Assembly (NCBI GenBank): GCA_051942245.1
Contig: JAVECL010000200.1
Location: forward strand, 1 to 36,598
Origin: Trypethelium eluteriae
Lineage: Eukaryota
Reading direction: 5' to 3'
Length of the DNA: 36,598 bases
How positions within the stretch are numbered: position 1 is the first letter of the stretch; each line of letters begins with the position of its first letter. The position numbers and the translations under genes are program-made. The notes below the pieces were generated by a model. That model searched no databases, was not told where the DNA came from, and worked only from the letters and a program-made list of their open reading frames with translations. This document shows positions 19,458 to 29,964 of this stretch, one piece after another.

Positions 19458-21080
19458 CTAACCCAAAGCCTCCTTTGCATAGTCCAAATAGTCCTTCCCA
19501 CCCGCATCTTGATTCGCCAAGCCCTCCGTCCCATCCCAAAACATCATCCCGCCAAAATTACCAACATGCGAACCATTCACTCCTTGTACGATACCCGCCA
19601 GTTGGCTCCCTTCCACATACCCACTGCCCGCCCCACTCCACGCCCCACCCCCAATATACAGTCTCGGCCCGGAGGACGCCGAGCTCGCATTCGCCGCCAG
19701 GTCCCGACTCCAGGCCTGGAAGCTGTCGAGGAAGCCCGAGGAGCCGAGATTGCACTGCGGATTGTTGTAGAACTGGACCCACACGAAATCCGCCGCCTGC
19801 ATCAACTCCAGCGGGATCGACGCGTCGGGGCGCGGGCACTGCGGCGCGGCGGACACGTAGTATTTCTTGCTCCGGTCGCTGGCGATTAGCGAGTGCAGGG
19901 CGGTGCTGAAGTCGTCGTAGTACGCGGTGCTGTGGTCTTCGTTGTCGATGTCAAAGCCGTCGACGACGACGGAGCCGAAGGGGCGGAGCGCGGTGGAGTC
20001 GCTGTTGGTGCTACTGCTACTGCTGCTACTACTGCTGCTATTGCCGCCTCCGCCGAAGAGGTCCCAGATTGTGTTGGCGAACTGGGTGGCTTGCGCAGAG
20101 GAGGAGAAGGCGGTGGTGGCGATGTATCCGCCGAGGCTGAGGAGGACGGGTTTGCCGATGGTTTGGCATTGGGTAATTTCGGTGGCGAGTTGTGGGCAAG
20201 AAGGGAGGCCGGGTGCGGATTGGGCTTGTGAGGTGGTGGAGCCGGAACAGCCGGGGCCGAAGGAGGCGGAGGGGTAGTTGTTGGGACCGAAGAAGGTGTA
20301 GACGAAGGCAAGGATGATTATATCGACCGAGGGGTCTTGACAGAGAGTTAGGAGACCGCCGGCGGCGGTGCTTGAGGTTTGGCCGTAGTAGACGGCGACA
20401 TTATCTGCGGCTGAAGCGTTGAAATGGTATCCAGAGGATGAATTTGATGAAGGAGATGGCAAAGAGGGGGAAGGTAGAGAGGAGGTTGGCGGACTTTGGC
20501 TCGATATCGGACTAGATGAGATACCGGATGAAGGGATTGGAATAACCGATGATGGTGTCGCAGTGGTGCTTTTGTATGAATCACTACTTGACGCGTAAGT
20601 CGTTGTAGTCGTGATTGCTACAGTAGTTGTGAGGGTAATGCGGGATGGGTATGTCGAACTGCTTGTGCTCAGTATTGTATCAGAATAATGCGGTGACGTC
20701 CTCGTTGAAGGAGATGATATAGTCGAAGGAATAGGCGAAAGAGGCACTGATGGGACGGGCGAAAACGATACAGTGCTGTAGCCTGGAGGGGGTGGAGCGG
20801 GACATCTTTGTGGCTCGGTATCAAGATTAGCCAGGATTTGCTCCACTGATACGATGAAGTTTGATATTTCTGCCGGTAGCGCACTGAAGCTTTCGGCATC
20901 CCGTATTATTGAATTTGCAGTATCCTTCAAGGAAGGTGTAGTCGACGGATCTAGGGTCGAATCGACGTCACGCTTCCAGGGAATGATCCTGCTACCCCGT
21001 AGGCCTGCTACTTGGATCTGGACTGGCAGAATGGTCAGGGAAAGAAATAGCCAATTGATACATAGAGACGACAACATCAT
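19458..21080 (-). CDS. GH18 class III (subgroup B, Cts1/hevamine-like) chitinase
   Basis: Intronless 540 aa; signal peptide; NVAVYYGQ, LLSLGG, catalytic DGFDIDNE (DxxDxDxE), YVSAAPQCP.PD, WVQFYNNPQC, FGGMMFWD. Confidence 0.93.
   Translation of the reverse strand: MMLSSLCINWLFLSLTILPVQIQVAGLRGSRIIPWKRDVDSTLDPSTTPSLKDTANSIIRDAESFSALPAEISNFIVSVEQILANLDTEPQRCPAPPPPGYSTVSFSPVPSVPLSPIPSTISSPSTRTSPHYSDTILSTSSSTYPSRITLTTTVAITTTTTYASSSDSYKSTTATPSSVIPIPSSGISSSPISSQSPPTSSLPSPSLPSPSSNSSSGYHFNASAADNVAVYYGQTSSTAAGGLLTLCQDPSVDIIILAFVYTFFGPNNYPSASFGPGCSGSTTSQAQSAPGLPSCPQLATEITQCQTIGKPVLLSLGGYIATTAFSSSAQATQFANTIWDLFGGGGNSSSSSSSSSSTNSDSTALRPFGSVVVDGFDIDNEDHSTAYYDDFSTALHSLIASDRSKKYYVSAAPQCPRPDASIPLELMQAADFVWVQFYNNPQCNLGSSGFLDSFQAWSRDLAANASSASSGPRLYIGGGAWSGAGSGYVEGSQLAGIVQGVNGSHVGNFGGMMFWDGTEGLANQDAGGKDYLDYAKEALG
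20010..20040. repeat. Imperfect (CTA/CTG)n trinucleotide microsatellite encoding poly-Ser loop in the chitinase
   Basis: gctactgctactgctgctactactgctgcta; translates to SSSSSSSSSS just before the catalytic DGFDIDNE motif. Confidence 0.8.
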
Positions 21081-21915
21081 TGTAACCGCAGATCTAACTG
21101 AGCAAGATGGGGCCTACCTCGTCATACACGATACTAGACTACGGTTGATATACAAGAGTCAATCTAGGGCGGCTGACACAGATATGAATGAATGCACGAT
21201 TTCAAGTAGCGCCAAAGTACGCAGCCAAAAGAATGTACCATTTGAGAAGGTTGGACAAGACGGTAGGTAGAGTCCTTGCATCATTCTGCAACGCGTTCGC
21301 CCCTGCGGACAGCGTTCTGGCCGTATTGACTTACCGTGTTACTAGATCAACATGTCTCAGTCTACATAGTCATGACCAAGGGAGAAGGGATGATGTGAAG
21401 TGTTCTGTGAATCCACCGGTTGGATTTTGAGTGTGTGGCTCGGTGAAAAGGCAGCAAAGGCTTGTGGAATCGAGCGGAAGCGGATCGGGAGAGGTGACGC
21501 GGGTAGGAGCGGACAAAAGGTTGGCGGTCGCCTCCTTGTTCCTGGCATGGCGTGAGCGGGTACTGCACAACCACGCTGGAAAGTTGAGAACCATGCGGAG
21601 CGAAAGGCAACGCTGGCCCAGGTGGCTTTACAGCCCAACCAGAATGCCCTCGCCATCGCCCGCCCATTCTCCTTTGTCCATTCAGCTCCGCCATCATTCA
21701 TCACCACCACCACAACTCATTCCCCATCTCCTCCCTCTATCGCATCACTGTCCATTCCAGAGCTGAGGTCGAGTCGATTACCTCGCCTGTCATCACATGA
21801 ACGTTTCACTTCCCTGGATTTCTTGCTTCCCTATTAGAAGATCCTTACTCACCGTTTCTAATTAACCTATTATCGGAAGAGCCACCCTTTCCTACCGCCA
21901 TCACCCTCCATCGCA

Positions 21916-22882
21916 ATGGCAACCTCCACTCGGGTCTCTTCGTCGCCGGCGGTGACAAAATCCTCTACCAAGGGCTCAAAGAAGAGCAAAATCGTCAAAC
22001 TCAGTCTGAGCAGCAAGCTTTTAGCACAATTCGAGCCACCACCCCGATCCGCGGATAGCAAACCTTCACGTGCTACCTCATCCACCCCTTCGACCGCAGA
22101 AGCCGCTCCTCCAGCTGCGGACCCTCCTACAAACGAAGCAGTCTCAGAATCCAATGCTACACCTGGCCCGACTACGTCTACACCAGCGACCGATGGGAAT
22201 AGTTTGACTGTCCCATCCAACGGATCAAAGAAGAAGGGTATTCCAGGACCGAAACCGGGAGCGAAGAGAGGCGCTGGTATGATGGCAGATGGACAACCGA
22301 AGCCGAGGGGGAAGCCAGGTCCTAAGAAGAAACCTCGACTGTAAGTGCACAATGCAAGGCACTGAATATTTCTCTAGCCATTTCTCTGGTCATTTCTCTA
22401 CTAAAGCTTCCCCGATCCTTCCTGCCTCGTTAACCCTGTATTCCCTGCGATTGCTAACGACGACTATCAGACCAGACGGCACAATCGACCACGGAGGTGC
22501 TACTCCAAACGGAGGACCGTTTGCAAGCGTCGCGCCTATAGCGCCTCACAAGCTCGGTCCCAAGGCCAATCAAGGTGCCATCAACGCTCAACTACGGGCC
22601 CTTGACCGTTCTGGCAAACCATGCCGCAAATGGGAGCGCAAACCCTTTCAGTTGAAGAGCTTTACGGGTGTACTCTGGAATGTGGGCACATGGCGAGCGC
22701 CGCAAAGAGTATCCGCTCTTCCCAGCAGCGAATCGAAGAGTGATTCTGCCGACTCCAGTGAAGTCAAAGCGAAATTCGAAAGCAGTGCAATGGCAAGTGA
22801 GAATGGCACAACGGGACTCGATGCTGCACCAGACGGCTCACATCACCTGGCCAGCTCTCCCATTCCCATGGAAGTAGCCTGA
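21916..22882 (+). CDS. IES4: INO80 complex subunit 4 (Ies4 family)
   Basis: Exons 21916-22340 and 22471-22882; intron 22341-22470 (GTAAGT...GCTAAC...CAG). Motifs KIVKLSLS, PRGKPGPKKKPRL, HKLGPKANQGAINAQLRALDRSGKPCRKWERKPFQLKSFTGVLW. Confidence 0.88.
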
Positions 22883-23782
22883 GGACGTAATCTATCTGGC
22901 ACATGTCATCTGTCGGACCGATTCTCAATTTATATCTCTTCCGCAATGATAAGGCCGCGATACTTAATGGAGTTGACAGGTGCTAGTAGCATTGCAGGTA
23001 GCACTAAAAGTACTGAAGTGGATAGGTCGATGGAGTTATGGTGGTCGCCATGAGAAGCGCTTCTGCATTGGGAGGATTTTCTGTGCATTCAAATGGTATT
23101 TCAGGCACCGGAGCGTACTCTTGTCTCTACAGGATTTAGGAGGATGGGAGCTTTGTACATGTATTGGGGCAGCTGTTCAACTCGCGTGACCGGCGAATGT
23201 CTCGATCTGGCTTGAACCCTCGGGATGATTGTATAAATATTAGATTCTTTCAGGACATTTCTGTGTTACCTAGCAGCAAAGGTCATACTCCTCGTTATTT
23301 GCATTCATCAGAATCGAATCTGCGATAGGTTCGTGACCTGGCACAGCCCATTCGCCAATGTTGTGACGCGGCAGTGAAGTACCCCTCCGTCGGGCTTGGA
23401 TGTCATCCACCAAGCTCGCAAGCTCCACCCACCTTGAGACAACCACATGCCGAACGCCCTATACACTCGAATCGCCACCACATTCGATTGCTGACAAGAT
23501 TGCAGCATCAGCAAGGATTCCATCTTGGAGGCTATGATACAGTCAAATTATGCCGGAATGACTGCAAACCAGCGGGGAACGCCCTGAGCTGGCTAGAGTT
23601 TGATAGCCGCTTTGATCCGTTTACTCCTTACTACCGAGCCTTCAACGCGTTCGCTACCAGGGCATACTAAATACGCTTGCATCCGGCAAAGCTGCGGACG
23701 TGAGAGTCGTGAAAGCAGTACTCTAAGAGGATTCTATCTTACCAGCGACGCCAATTTAAGATTTGTGAGTGTTGCTTGCGAC

Positions 23783-26073
23783 ATGACGAATTCGCTCCCT
23801 CATGGGTCCTCCGGTGGTCCACCTACGCAAAGCCATCCAAATGCACCTGGTAATAGTCGTGGATCTCTAGGAAGGACCTCGTACGCTTCAGTCGTTTCTG
23901 GAAACGTAAACAACTCTCCTCAACCTCTTCGATCCAATACATCGCCTTGGACGGCAACCCCTGGTGCACCAAGCCATCCTCAACACTCCAATTCTCGGAA
24001 TCACTCACGAAACCCCTCGCGAGGCTTTGACACAGATTCGCGACAGTTAGAGAGCCAGGGGCTATTAGGATCTTTATCAAGAGGTGGTATTTCTTCACAC
24101 AACACGATGGGATCGTTGGACGCCTTATCCCGGACAATGGGCTTGTCGAATCAAGAATCTCCTTTTCCGCTTCTTGCGCCCTCATATCTGCGGGGCACAC
24201 GGTATTTAGAGCAAGTGGAGGCATCACAAAGAGCGAAAGCGGCTGCTCAACGAGAAGCTCGGTCAAGCAATGGAGGTAACGGTGGTTCTCTCTCTGCCAG
24301 TCCTAGCAACAGCAACCTCAGTAAGATGAATACATCACATCGTGGAATAACACAGGACGTCATTGAAAGGGCGCCTCCGTTTACGGTAGACGACAGCGTA
24401 CCACAACTCCCTTCCAGATGGAGCGATATCGACAAGTGGGCAGGGCTAGAAATTACGGGTGACGGATTACACGTCCGTTTGACGGGATCGAGCAAGGGCA
24501 CCGACGAGGCTGCAGCTGTAAGGGCAGATCATCCCATGCCGAGGGAGTGTGGGATCTATTACTACGAAACGACAATACACTCTAGAGGAAAAGAGGCGTA
24601 GGCTTGAACATCTAGTCCCTTCGAATGATTCCTCTGACTTTTCTTAGACTCATTGGAATCGGTTTCTCAGCTCGCAAGGTCATTCTTAATAAGTTACCGG
24701 GATGGGAGGAACATTCGTGGGCCTACCATAGCGACGACGGCTACATTTTTCGTTGCACTCCATCCGGCAGAGACTATGGACCAAGATTTGCCAATGGTGA
24801 TGTCATTGGTTGTGGTGTCAACTTTCGCACTGGTTCAGCGTTCTTCACGAAGAATGGAGTGAATCTTGGTATGCAGCCCCGTCAATTATCTTGTCCGTGA
24901 CTGATGATCATTCAGGCACTGCATTCAATGACATAGGTCGCGACAAGCCTTACTATCCATCAGTTGGAATGAAGAAGGCCGGTGACTACCTGCAGGTGAA
25001 TTTTGGGGACAAGCCATTTGTCTTCGATATTGATGGTATGATGAGAGTAAGTGGCCGTACTTGATCAACTCGGACGTTAGCTACGATGCGATGCTAAGCC
25101 TTTACTCCCCAGGATGAGAAAGCCATTATTAGAGAAGAGATCAGCAAAGCAAATACGTCCACACTACATTCCCCATTCGATGAGTCAGCATTGATTCAGG
25201 AACTAATCGCACAGTTCCTGGCTCACGATGGTTATGTTGAGACAGCCAAAGCATTCGCTGAAGAGGTCAGAGACGAATCACGATTACTCAAAACGAACAT
25301 CAGTCAAGGCGTTCGTGGTAACGATCCAGAGGAAGACGTTGATGCAATCCACCGACAACGTGAGACATCTGTTCTCCTTCTACCAAGATACGGACTGACA
25401 AGGTGTAGAGATCAGAGCCTCGATTCTAGAGGGAGACATTGACCAAGCTCTGAAGCTCACCAGTGCGTATTATCCATCTGTGCTCCGCGACAATGAAAAT
25501 ATCTACTTTAAGCTACGCTGCCGAAAGTTCATTGAAATGATTAGAACGTGCAGCATGCTTTCCAGTGCTAGTACTTTTCCAAGGAAACCTGCTCCAAATG
25601 GCTTCTCGAGGAAGGGAAAAAACGCTCTACCGCAGGAAATGGATGTGGACAGTCACTTCAGTGGGGATACCGACAATTGGGATTCTATGGACACCGAAGG
25701 TTCCGACACGAATGCCAAGTACTCTTCACTGACACGAGAAACCATTGAATATGGCCAAGAACTCAACTCTGAATTCAGCAGTGACCCCAGGAGAGAAGTG
25801 CAGAAGGCACTACAAGACACATTTGCTCTGATTGCTTACACCGACGCGACGCAATCAAATCTCGCCTCGTTATTGGAGGTTAGCGGTCGGGTTCCAGTGG
25901 CAGAAGAGCTCAACAGCGCCATCCTTGTTTCGCTAGGCAAATCCTCGTCCGCCGCGTTGGAGCGAGTATACAAGCAAAGCGAAGCACTCGTCAGCGAACT
26001 GAGCAACAGTGGTGGTGCTGGGGCGTTCATCAACATTCGGGAAGATATATTGCGAGATGATCCATCTCGATAG
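23783..26073 (+). CDS. RanBP9/RanBP10-like (Gid1/Vid30-type) SPRY-LisH-CTLH-CRA protein, CTLH/GID E3 ligase scaffold
   Basis: ATG 23783; introns 24598-24647, 24869-24915, 25047-25112, 25360-25408 all GT-AG and frame-preserving. SPRY (GIYYYE, LPGWEEHSWAYHSDDG, GDVIGCGVNF, YPSVG, VNFG..PFVFDI), LisH (LIQELIAQFLAHDGYVETAKAF), CTLH (IRASILEGDIDQAL...FKLRCRKFIEMI), CRA (FALIAY...VAEELNSAIL). Confidence 0.9.
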
Positions 26074-26796
26074 CGTGTGATGCATGTTTCCCCGGGAGTC
26101 AATCGATGCATTTCGACTATTGGACGTGGACTTTGTCTTTCAGTAGGAGCTGGGGAGAAATGGATGGCGGGCTCATGGAAAGACCCATCATGTAGGTCTT
26201 GGAGTGGAGCTTCGGACAATCGCACCTCTTTGCATACTACAGTGGCGTTGTAGTCAGGCGGTCGTACTTGGACGAGGTACGTTCGGTTTTGCGGCTCTGT
26301 AAATACATGAGAGAACGCTCAAACTGCTCACATTCGTGGAGAACATCAAGTATTCAACAAATAGAAAATCGATGTCAGTTCGAATAAGACTGGAAGAAAC
26401 AGTTCTTCGATTTTCGGCATGATTTACCTTTGTACCTGATGATCATTGCGCCGAGGTTTGGCCGTTGACACAATGAACAGGGGTACGTCTCACCACGAGC
26501 CGCCTGTACGAGATCTCCACAAGTACCTGGCTACCTAGTAGCGACGTCAGCGGAATTGTGCCGTTTTCCGGAGCCTTCACGCATTATTGACATCCCTTGT
26601 ACTGACTAGTGGACTTTTAGCTAACTATCAGATAACAACTTGAACATCAATACGTCATTCAACAATAATTCGATTGTTACTTTAGCCGATTCTCGGAGGA
26701 CGGCAGTCACTATGGCATTCTTTCGTGGCGACTGCCGTACCTGGCGGTCCTACTCCAGAGAAAGCTGGCAGAGACTCAGGCCCGCATACAATCAAC

Positions 26797-28971
26797 ATGC
26801 AGTCGTTTCTGCAGTACCGACGCTTCGGCGCAGCAGTCCAGACTCAGCATGCTCGCGATCAGACTAAAGCTGCAGCATTGATTCGGGGAAATCATGAAGT
26901 GAGCCAGAATCCAAGACGGCAGCAAGAAACATCCGGGAGTTCCTCCTCCTCAAGTCGCGGCCGCAAGGATCAGGAAGAGGAGAAAGACCTCGAAAAGGCA
27001 GAACCTGGGCCTTCAGCTTCTCCCCCAGAAAACGTTCTGAGGGACGAACCAGCAGAAGAAAAAGAAGACTCAATACCAGACCCAGAGGAAGTCGATCCAG
27101 ATGGTGATCTTCGAGACCAGCTCAATCGAATTGCGACATCTCATTCGAAATATAGTGAGCATACCGCAATGGGTCTTGCGTTGACGGGCGTCCATGTGCG
27201 AGATCGAAGCACCCGTGATGGAGGAAGCGGTCAAGTCTTTGTGGTAGGCTACGAAAGTGAACAGGACCCATTGAATCCGCATAATTGGAGCCGCACCAGG
27301 CGATTCGTGGTCACCTTCATGGTTGCTAGCATCGGCTTCGTGGTTGGAGTTGCCAGCGCAATCGACTCATCAATACTAGACCCAGCAGCGAAGGAATTTG
27401 GTGTGAGCGAGGTGGTGGAAAGTATGGCAACTGGTCTGTCTCTCCGCTCTGCTGCGAGAGGGCATCCCGCAAAGACTCATCTTCCACATCAGGTCTGTAC
27501 CTCATAGGATTTGGCGCAGGCGCCTTGTTCGCCGGTCCCGTAGGTCTCCTTCCAACTACCCATTGGCCCCCTCCCAACCAAAAAAAACAACCAAAGATTT
27601 CCTAACAAACCTCCTTCTCTTCTCCAGCTCTCTGAAACCCTCGGCCGCAACCCCGTCTACATCTCCACCCTCACCCTCTACATGCTCTTCATCATGGCGT
27701 CCGGCCTCGCGCCCTCCATCGGCCCCCAACTAACCTTCCGTTTCCTCGCAGGCTTCTTCGGCTCCACCCCGCTCACCTGCGCTGGCGGCTCGCTCTCGGA
27801 TCTCTGGTCGCCCATGGAACGCGTCTACGCCTTCCCCATCTTCGCCAACGCTGCCTTCACCGGTCCCATCGTGGGGCCCATCATCGGCGGCTTCATCGCG
27901 CAGAGTTCGCTCGTCAGCTGGCGCTGGACCGAGTGGGTCACGCTGATCATGTCGGGGTTGGTGCTGGGCTTGGTGTGTCTGTTGCTGCCGGAAACGTATC
28001 CGGGCGTGTTGTTGAAGTGGAAGGCGGCGCATTTGAGGAGGGTGACTGGGGATGAGAGGTACAGGGCGGAGATGGAGATTAGGGACGAAGGGTTTCTGGC
28101 GAGGTTGAGGCGCGCGCTTTATCGGCCGTTTTTGTTGACTTTCCAGGAGCCGATCGTGATTTTGGTGGCGCTGTATTTGACCGTGGTGTATATTGTGCTG
28201 TTTACTTTCTTTGACGGATACACGTACATTTTCGAGGAGATACACCACACCTCTCAAGGTGTCACGGGACTCTGTTTCGCAGGTATTGTATGTGGTTTCC
28301 CGACATCTTCTCCTTGGCAACTTTATTGACTGGCATAGGCTGTTGGCCTTTTCGGCGCATCTGCACTCGTCCCGCTCATTTATCGCTGGGCAAAGCGCGA
28401 CTTGGCTAAGGTCAAAGAACAGGGTGGTAGCCGCCTGCCTCCGGAATTCCGACTCTGGTTCGCGATGCTTGGAGCACCTGCCATCACCATATCGCTCTTC
28501 TGGATGGGCTGGACTAGCGATGTCAGATGCCCTCCTACAATGCCCCCTTCTTGATCCAAGTTCTGATTCAAAGTATAGAGCACGATCTCGATATGGAGCC
28601 CTCTCGCGGCAAGTGTACTCTTCGGTTATGGTATTCTCTGTGTTTTCATCAGTAGTTACCAGTACGTCATCGACTCGTACGAGACATTTGCGGCTTCAGC
28701 GCTGGCTTCCGTGACGTTGATTCGATATATGGCTGCTGGAGGAGTAAGTTTTATCCTTTCGCCAAAGAGACACCCTAGAAGAGTTATATGGCTTACCAGG
28801 AACATCTAGATGATCATCGTCGGGATTCCGATGTACGAGAACCTAGGTGTCCACTACACGCTCACTGTGCTGGGCTGTATCAGTGCTGTATTAGTACCGA
28901 TCCCTTACGTATTTTATAAATATGGGCATAGGATTAGGAAGCATAGCAAGTACGCTATCGATCCGTCTTGA
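26797..28971 (+). CDS. MFS transporter, DHA1 (drug:H+ antiporter 1) family
   Basis: MQSFLQYRRF start; DPLNPHNWS, LSETLGRNPVY, RFLAGFFGS, GPIVGPIIGGF, WRW, LPETY, PPEFRL motifs. Introns 27434-27492, 27540-27627, 28288-28338, 28522-28578, 28744-28809; stop TGA 28969-28971. Confidence 0.92.
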
Positions 28972-29964
28972 GCACAAGGAGGCTGTTTCTGCATCTCAAA
29001 AGCGCTCCACCTTCTACGTGTTATTGCAGTTCTTGAGCGTTCCATGCTTTCGTCACAGATCAAATAGAGCATAGAACCATGACCTTATCATATAATCTGT
29101 AATGAGTACGGTGTCGCCCGACCTATAACAAGCGTAAGTCACTAAGCGTGGTCTTTATGAAAAGTGCCATATGTAAGAACCCTCGAAGAGTGACTGGGAA
29201 TTGCATGGTCGACTGATATGCTGGGAAATGCCACCTAGTCTGGTAAGTTTATCTGTGAAGCTAACATAATAATTTTACCTCTAGACACCCTTTGCCCCAG
29301 CCATGCTTGCCATCACTCAATTGGTCAACTCCGATGCTGGTAGATATGAGTATAGATGTTCTATTCTTTTATTTCTAACTTTTAACAGGGGGCAAATGGT
29401 GTATTGGTTGAGTGCGCAATGGCTGTGATACAAACCTGTGATTGGGGTCCTGACTCAACTACTAAAAAATGCCCTGGGGTTCCCTGGCGGTGTTTCTGCG
29501 GGCTCCCCAGTCTGCAGTTTTGCCCCTTAGGTCTCCTACTTTACTGCTTATTATTATTTCACTCCTTGCGATATCCTACATTTTTTTGGGCTATCAGGAA
29601 GTTGTGTAGGATGAGTTGAGACCGTGCCTTTATTATTCGAATTCGAGTCATCTATCAGGAATCGAACCAGGGGCGCGTTTTAGGGGTTCAGGTCACCGGG
29701 TGACTGGGTGTCAACGCGTGATCGTGTTCACGGTGTTCTATATACGGAGTACTCATTAACACTCGGTGTTCTCCAGGAGGAATCAATCCAGCTGGCAGAA
29801 CTAGGCGGTGAAGAAAAAAGTTGCCCCGCAGGTATTGTTTTGGTCCGCACTTGAAAGCTCTCATGAAAAAAAGCGGCAGCTTTATGCTGTTCATGAATTG
29901 AATAGCGAAATCAACGCGGTTCAATCTTTTTATATTGTAGACTCTCCGCTCTATTTTCAGAATC

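Noticed and set aside
19317..20311. Long antisense/alternate-frame ORFs over the chitinase (likewise over the MFS, ALDH and 8995-11448 genes)
   Set aside because: By-products of high GC3 and skewed codon usage in the real CDSs.
22366..22400. ATTTCTCT x3 in the IES4 intron; checked this and the 11509-11623 intron for snoRNAs
   Set aside because: No box C/D or H/ACA architecture visible; low-complexity pyrimidine repeat.
29285..29402. 14-bp imperfect inverted repeat (ACACCCTTTGCCCC / GGGGCAAATGGTGT) as a second MITE
   Set aside because: Short, no clear target-site duplication, could be chance.
29295..29949. About six SYGGRG (CreA) matches upstream of the ALDH
   Set aside because: Degenerate 6-mer; only mildly above random expectation for this length.
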